DNA of 64,000 nt from a virus. The stretch lies in the IMG/VR virus record IMGVR_UViG_3300027798_006580; one strand, given 5' to 3'. The notes beneath the pieces are model-generated. The model ran no database searches, had not been told where the DNA came from, and was given only the letters and a program-made list of their open reading frames with translations. Positions within the stretch are counted from its first letter, which is position 1, and each line of letters starts with the position of its first letter. This document shows positions 58,410-64,000 of the stretch, piece after piece. Position numbers and translations under genes: made by a program.

Positions 58410-58978
58410 TACCTTTTAAATATATATCAATTAAAGAACATCAACTAATTTCTGATAAGTTATATGATTATGTTTTACATCACACTGATGTATTAAAAAA
58501 CGCATCTCCTTGGACTACTTTAAAAAAGGATGATGTTTTAAAATTTGTTCCTGAGTTAGCAGTTGAATTAAGAAAAATAGTCGATGCAGATATAGAAATG
58601 ATTTCTATAATACATAGAAAGCCCAAAGTTTACGGGGGTGTACACATAGACTCTGGTGGCCTTATTAGGATGTTATTTCCGGTTAGAAATTGTGCAGGAT
58701 CTTATACTAAGTTTTTTGATTTGAACGGAAACAGTGTCATCGAAAAAAAAGGCAATGAAGGAGACACATTCTTTGCTATAAGCCAATATGACGCAGTCAA
58801 TGACTGTATTATTGGAAACGGAAATCCGTTAAAGGAAATTTGTGCAGCCGAATTAATTTCCCCAATCGTGTTTGATTCAGGAATAGCCCACGGTGTGTAC
58901 ACAAATCCCGATTGTCTAGGACCCCGGCTAACTGCCACCATTGCGTTCACCAAAGATATAAAATATTTACTACAATAA
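58406..58978 (+). CDS. 2OG-Fe(II) oxygenase/cupin-like protein
   Basis: HID..AHGV..R. Confidence 0.6.
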   Translation: MIPFKYISIKEHQLISDKLYDYVLHHTDVLKNASPWTTLKKDDVLKFVPELAVELRKIVDADIEMISIIHRKPKVYGGVHIDSGGLIRMLFPVRNCAGSYTKFFDLNGNSVIEKKGNEGDTFFAISQYDAVNDCIIGNGNPLKEICAAELISPIVFDSGIAHGVYTNPDCLGPRLTATIAFTKDIKYLLQ

Positions 58979-59066
58979 TAACTTATTGCATGTAATTGTT
59001 TTTCAATAATATTGACATATATCAGTGTATATGTTAAAATACAAATTCAAATGAAAGGAGCAATAT

Positions 59067-59669
59067 ATGCCCAGTGTATTTTTAGTCAGCGACACGCATT
59101 TCGGTCACACCGGAGTATGTCGCTTCACACGCAACGACGGAGTTACAAAACTTCGCCCATGGGACGATGCCGACGAAATGGACGAAGAAATGATCCGTCG
59201 TTGGAATGACAGCGTTCGACCCAACGACAAAGTTTATCACCTGGGCGATGTTGTCATTAACCGTAAGTCATTGAAAACTCTTGCTCGTCTAAACGGCGAC
59301 AAGGTGCTAATTCGTGGCAACCACGACATCTTTCGAGATGACGAGTATAGAGAATACTTTCGAGAACTACGTGCTTACCATGTTATGAACGGAATGATAC
59401 TTAGCCATATTCCTGTACACAGTGATAGCTTAGGTCGTTTTGGCACTAACATTCACGGACACTTACACGCAAATCGTGTACGTAAGGCCCGCGGAGTCGA
59501 TGCACGTACCGGAGAAATCTTATACAGTGACGAACCGGATGTACGCTATCATTGTGTTTGTGTAGAGCAAACTGACTTTGCTCCTATCTTATTTGAAGAT
59601 GTTATCAAACGTATTGAAGAAGAAGGCGGAAGTGTAGGTTTTAAAAACGGCAATAATACTATTACATAA
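59067..59669 (+). CDS. Calcineurin-like phosphoesterase
   Basis: SDTHFGH, HLGD, GNHD, HGHLH. Confidence 0.9.
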   Translation: MPSVFLVSDTHFGHTGVCRFTRNDGVTKLRPWDDADEMDEEMIRRWNDSVRPNDKVYHLGDVVINRKSLKTLARLNGDKVLIRGNHDIFRDDEYREYFRELRAYHVMNGMILSHIPVHSDSLGRFGTNIHGHLHANRVRKARGVDARTGEILYSDEPDVRYHCVCVEQTDFAPILFEDVIKRIEEEGGSVGFKNGNNTIT

Positions 59670-59705
59670 TAGTATTATACAATTTTACTTGAAAGAAATA
59701 TTAAA

Positions 59706-60521
59706 ATGAAATATCTAATTAGTTTACTAATGTTTTTAATTAGTGGATGTGTCAGTGTTAATTCGTCTGGTATGTCTAGGCAGACTGTAGATTCAACAAC
59801 AGTTGACATTATTATTACTAACAATAATGGCCCTACAATACTATACATTCCTGGGTGTAATGGATTAGATAAATCAGGCAAACAGTATCAGCAATATCAT
59901 TTGAAAAAATTCCAAGAAGTATGGCCCAGCGCCAACATTGTCATATCGCAGTATGTGAATGACTATACTAAAGGTGAAACTGGCGGGAAGTGTGATTGGT
60001 CTGATGATAATGTCAAACTTATTGGAAAACAAATTAGTAATCAAGCCGAACATACTCAGAAACTTGGAGATTGGATCAAAACACAGCCGTGGTCCAATGG
60101 TGATGTTCATTTGTTCGGATTTAGTTATGGCGGCGCTGTTGGTTTATGGGCACCTGCTCATAACCGCTCTACTGTTACCGGTAAGCCTTATCTGTTTAAA
60201 ACAGTGGCCTTAATTTGGCCAGATTGTAGGCCGCGCCGCCAGTTTTTTGGAAATATACATACACCCTTGCGTATTTGGTCAACTGAACTCGATCCGTTGA
60301 GTATTCCTAATAATTGTTCATCTTTTTATACAGACAGTGATAAAAAATTATCATTGAAGCTTTATCCGGGCGATACACACAGTTGGATGACATCCCCTAA
60401 CTTTACTCCGTTTACTAGGTACTGGCCCAATCAAAAAGTTCATGTCCGCCATGAGTTTAAAAAGGAATGGGCAGATGAAACTTTTAGAGAGTGGCAACAG
60501 TGGGCGTTGCAACCAAACTAA
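59706..60521 (+). CDS. Alpha/beta hydrolase lipoprotein (dienelactone hydrolase-like)
   Basis: Lipobox ISGC, GFSYGG, D..H. Confidence 0.75.
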   Translation: MKYLISLLMFLISGCVSVNSSGMSRQTVDSTTVDIIITNNNGPTILYIPGCNGLDKSGKQYQQYHLKKFQEVWPSANIVISQYVNDYTKGETGGKCDWSDDNVKLIGKQISNQAEHTQKLGDWIKTQPWSNGDVHLFGFSYGGAVGLWAPAHNRSTVTGKPYLFKTVALIWPDCRPRRQFFGNIHTPLRIWSTELDPLSIPNNCSSFYTDSDKKLSLKLYPGDTHSWMTSPNFTPFTRYWPNQKVHVRHEFKKEWADETFREWQQWALQPN

Positions 60522-60567
60522 TAAGAGTTTTAATTATAAGTATTTGATAACTAACATTGGAGAAATT

Positions 60568-60795
60568 ATGACAGATCAAGAAAAATTCGACTTTCTAAGA
60601 TCAGCTTTTACAGACCTTTTTAAAAAGGAAATGCCAGACGTTACTAGACTCACACCGCTTCAAGATCTGGGATTAGATAGTTTGGATATTGTAGAACTAC
60701 AACTAGAATTCGAAGAACGTTACAGTGTAGAAATCTCAGATCCTAAAAATGATATTAAAACAGTGGGCGATTTGTTAGATCATTTGGCAATGTAA
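60568..60795 (+). CDS. Acyl carrier protein
   Basis: DLGLDSLDIVEL phosphopantetheine motif; GGAG RBS. Confidence 0.9.
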   Translation: MTDQEKFDFLRSAFTDLFKKEMPDVTRLTPLQDLGLDSLDIVELQLEFEERYSVEISDPKNDIKTVGDLLDHLAM

Positions 60796-60796
60796 T

Positions 60797-61615
60797 ATGC
60801 AGTCTAGTGATGAACTTTATACCAGTAGAATTAAACCAATTAGAGATGATTTTGTTTCTAGTATAATTTCATCGGCAACGGCCGAAACGTTTAGTCCCTA
60901 TGATAAAGAATTCAATTGGGCTGAACGCATCGGTCCAATTAAGCGTTTACAAATTACCACTCTGCGCTGGTCTGCGAATTGGTTAACTGGTTTAGAAAAA
61001 TTCCCTTTTATGTATGTTACTGATGGTAACACCGATTATCTAATCAGCCTATTTAATCGCAGTTACAATATAGCATGGAATAAGGATGACTATAGTTATT
61101 ACCAACATTGGCATAGTGCAACAGGCAGACCCTATACAGAGTTATCTGAACCTGCAGATGTCGACGACTTAGTAGTATCCTGGCCAGGATATAATTATGG
61201 TGATAATACTGAATTAACATTTGCCAATCAATGCACTGCTAAAAGAATGCATTTAGACTGCGCTTATTTGGGTATGGTAAAGCCCACTAATCTAGATGTC
61301 AGTAATTTTGAAACCGTTGGGATTAGTTTTAGTAAAACATTGTCAATTCCGTATAATCGAATAGGCGTGTGCTTTAGTAAAACAGAAATAAAAGACATAT
61401 CTTTATTGAATAAGATAGGCTACGTAAACTTATCCGGAGTTAAGCTGGCAACTCATATTATGAGTAAACTACCACCTGATTATTTTTGGAATACTTACGG
61501 TGGCGACAGATTGACTGCTATGTGCGAAAAACACGGACTAACAAAAACAGACAGCATATTGATTGCCTATAAAAATGGCAAAAGAGTTGGCACTGCTCCT
61601 TACTGGCAGGAATAA
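60797..61615 (+). CDS. PLP-dependent aminotransferase-like protein
   Basis: DCAY..SFSKT..RIG. Confidence 0.65.
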   Translation: MQSSDELYTSRIKPIRDDFVSSIISSATAETFSPYDKEFNWAERIGPIKRLQITTLRWSANWLTGLEKFPFMYVTDGNTDYLISLFNRSYNIAWNKDDYSYYQHWHSATGRPYTELSEPADVDDLVVSWPGYNYGDNTELTFANQCTAKRMHLDCAYLGMVKPTNLDVSNFETVGISFSKTLSIPYNRIGVCFSKTEIKDISLLNKIGYVNLSGVKLATHIMSKLPPDYFWNTYGGDRLTAMCEKHGLTKTDSILIAYKNGKRVGTAPYWQE

Positions 61616-61623
61616 ATAATTGC

Positions 61624-62271
61624 ATGAAAGAAACTTTTTTATTTAAAATTCTAGAAATAGAAAATATCAGTATTTTAGAACAAGAGCTGGCTGTTTTTTA
61701 TAAGCGGCACAGAACTGTTGGAGTAGTAAATCGTAAAAATAAAGACGGTAATACAATTATGATATTATCCGATCCCAACAACCCCGAAGCTGATAGTTTG
61801 GGTCCATTGGAAAAATTTACATTTGTTCATTTAGATTCTAATCGTGTAATGAATCATTTGCCAGAATTACAAAAATATTTTATTAAAAATAATTTAGGTG
61901 ACATCGAACGCATAGCCTATGTAAGCACTCCCCCACATTCAATAAATGCAACACACATGGATCAGGGACCAGAAATTCTGGCATTAAATTTTCCATTAAC
62001 AGATTGTTCTAGTTCTTATACTCAATTTTTAAAAAACAACGGACGATTAGAAGCAGTGGAGTTAATAGACATTGTTAAAGGAACCAAAGAGAAACGAAAG
62101 TTTATGAAGTTTGTCACCGACGATCCCATTGAAGTTGGAAGATACACACTAAATGGGCCAGTGATGTTAAATATAAAACAACCACACGGAGTTATTAATT
62201 ACGGACCAGTGCTTAGAGCCGGAATAAGTTTTAGATTTAAAAAAGACCCTTGGCATCTTGTTGGAGAGTAA
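61624..62271 (+). CDS. 2OG-Fe(II) oxygenase/cupin-like protein
   Basis: HMD..LNFP..PHGV..R. Confidence 0.65.
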   Translation: MKETFLFKILEIENISILEQELAVFYKRHRTVGVVNRKNKDGNTIMILSDPNNPEADSLGPLEKFTFVHLDSNRVMNHLPELQKYFIKNNLGDIERIAYVSTPPHSINATHMDQGPEILALNFPLTDCSSSYTQFLKNNGRLEAVELIDIVKGTKEKRKFMKFVTDDPIEVGRYTLNGPVMLNIKQPHGVINYGPVLRAGISFRFKKDPWHLVGE

Positions 62272-62273
62272 AA

Positions 62274-63077
62274 ATGTTAAAATATAATTTAAAAATGGTA
62301 TCTGACACCCCGCTGGAAGTAATGCCAAAAGAACTAGTAGATAGGATATTAGAGTGGCATGACAGTAAGAAACATAAACTTGATAATATTGGCGCAAGCA
62401 CATTGGATTATCCTTGGGCAAGTTCACATATTAGAAATGACGTAGATATCAACGATCCTGTGAGAGTGGACAACTCAATTCCAGGAAATCCGTGGAATAA
62501 TGAATTTGTTGTTAAATTTCCCGAAGCTTTGCATTATTTTAATCAATTGCCATTGACTTATATTGAAAGAATTGTATTATTAGAATCCACTAAAGAAGTT
62601 CTTAGCCATGTAGACCGTAGTAAAAGTCACGTGCCCGATGCTACATGTGAACCCGCTAGCTATCGAATGCATCTTCGAGGCTGTGAAAAGAAGGGTTTTT
62701 ATGTACAAGGTAAGCCTATGTCCGAATGGGGCAGTAGACGTGCTATAGAGCCGGTTAGTGCAGGATTTACACATTTAACTAAACGTTTACCTAAGAAATT
62801 TTGGCAAGGAAAAATAGGCAGCTGGTGGCTATTAAATAATTTCTGTGCCCAACATGGATCTACCTACGAACCGGGTGATAACAAAGTTATTATTTCGGTA
62901 CAAGGTACTATTGATTCAGTACGGCACAAAAAATTGCTAGAGAACAATGAGGACCGAGGATTGAATTGTATCAAGCACGAAGAACTATACAAATACGAAG
63001 AACAATATACTCCTGAAGAAAGACGTACATTTGAACATTTGATCAACGAAACAAAGTTTAATGAACATGTCTGGTAA
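62274..63077 (+). CDS. Cupin/oxygenase-like protein
   Basis: HVD..QHGS..K. Confidence 0.5.
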   Translation: MLKYNLKMVSDTPLEVMPKELVDRILEWHDSKKHKLDNIGASTLDYPWASSHIRNDVDINDPVRVDNSIPGNPWNNEFVVKFPEALHYFNQLPLTYIERIVLLESTKEVLSHVDRSKSHVPDATCEPASYRMHLRGCEKKGFYVQGKPMSEWGSRRAIEPVSAGFTHLTKRLPKKFWQGKIGSWWLLNNFCAQHGSTYEPGDNKVIISVQGTIDSVRHKKLLENNEDRGLNCIKHEELYKYEEQYTPEERRTFEHLINETKFNEHVW

Positions 63078-63807
63078 TTATTTTAAGAATATTGTTGCCT
63101 GCGGTGACAGTGTAACCCATGGCTATTATTTAGAAAATGACTATCATGATGAAACACACATAGTCAAATCTAATCAAGGATATCCAGAGATTGTGGCAGA
63201 AACACTGGGAGCAAGTATTGTAAATTTGTCTAAGCCTGGCGCCAGTAATTACTGTATTGCCAAGCAACTAGACTATGCGTTTACACTCCAACCAGACTTT
63301 ATAATCATAGGACTAACAACTGGTATGAGGTTTGATTATACTACAGATATATTTGCAGATAAACACTGGAAAGATAATATTCCTACAATACAAGATTTTG
63401 ACTACAGAAATCACAGCCGGTCCGAGCACACAAACAATCATGGCCTAATCGAATCACAGCCATTGAGCAGTATCGAAACTTATCATGATAGAAAAGATTT
63501 AGTAAACTATATTGCAAAATACATAGACATCGACATTAAGCGTGATCAAGACAGACATATCATAATGGGTATGTTATGGAAACTTGCCGTTAAAAAAATT
63601 CCGTATGTAATAGTCGACTGGACCGAAATGATTCTATATGAATATACCAGTCGCGCAGTTATAAGAGACTTAAAGTTATCCGAATATCGTAATCTATATC
63701 CCTGCGCCGATGGAGTACATTTCAATCAAGAAGGTCATCGCGCGGCAGCCGCAAGAATTAATAGATTCATAACTGCGTTCTTTCAGCTTAATAAATTAAA
63801 AATATGA
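63061..63807 (+). CDS. SGNH/GDSL hydrolase family protein
   Basis: GDSVT, GASN, DGVHFNQEGH. Confidence 0.8.
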   Translation: MNMSGNYFKNIVACGDSVTHGYYLENDYHDETHIVKSNQGYPEIVAETLGASIVNLSKPGASNYCIAKQLDYAFTLQPDFIIIGLTTGMRFDYTTDIFADKHWKDNIPTIQDFDYRNHSRSEHTNNHGLIESQPLSSIETYHDRKDLVNYIAKYIDIDIKRDQDRHIIMGMLWKLAVKKIPYVIVDWTEMILYEYTSRAVIRDLKLSEYRNLYPCADGVHFNQEGHRAAAARINRFITAFFQLNKLKI

Positions 63808-64000
63808 TACCTATAGAACAAATAATTTCAGTGCCATTGGATTTACCCAAGTTTGAGCCCGACAGCTGGACAGACTTTTGGCAAGTATGGAATGAAGATG
63901 CAAAAATTTTTAAACGTCATCATCCAGATGCAAATGGCAACGGACAAGTAGAGCCTGGTTGGAAAGGTTTCGTTTGGGAAATAACTGGTAACAAAGATAT
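63804..64000 (+). CDS. Hypothetical protein, truncated by the window end
   Basis: ATGA overlap; reading frame open to the end. Confidence 0.55.
   Translation, partial: MIPIEQIISVPLDLPKFEPDSWTDFWQVWNEDAKIFKRHHPDANGNGQVEPGWKGFVWEITGNKD

Overview
An AT-rich 64 kb segment of a large T4-like/jumbo myophage genome. A betaproteobacterial freshwater host is inferred but not proven. From left to right: the end of nrdB, glutaredoxin, a PAAR-peptidase M15 spike protein and putative virion genes; a circularly permuted two-piece tmRNA (tag ANDSQFALAA) whose intervening segment holds a 26-aa hydrophobic mini-ORF; a host-takeover block (apt, clpX, infC, rpsU, small HSP, clpS, MazG-like, with clpP further on); about 25 kb of short early genes arranged as cassettes bounded by a repeated sigma70 promoter; tilS beside a CAT-anticodon tRNA; and a 17-tRNA array (plus a lone tRNA-Cys) interleaved with structured ncRNA candidates. 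Many tailoring-type enzymes are scattered throughout: 5 radical SAM, about 7 2OG-Fe(II)/cupin, 3 PP-loop, 2 nitroreductase-like, ACP, a PLP enzyme, SGNH and GNAT. Many of them sit about 5 nt downstream of a TAAATA late-type box with no Shine-Dalgarno, which suggests leaderless mRNAs. The best candidate for a new system is a leader-peptide/terminator/antiterminator attenuator (about 49935-50197) ahead of the main tRNA/ncRNA block, possibly coupling phage tRNA supply to ribosome stalling. All calls were made by eye from motifs and base pairing; no database searches or folding programs were run.
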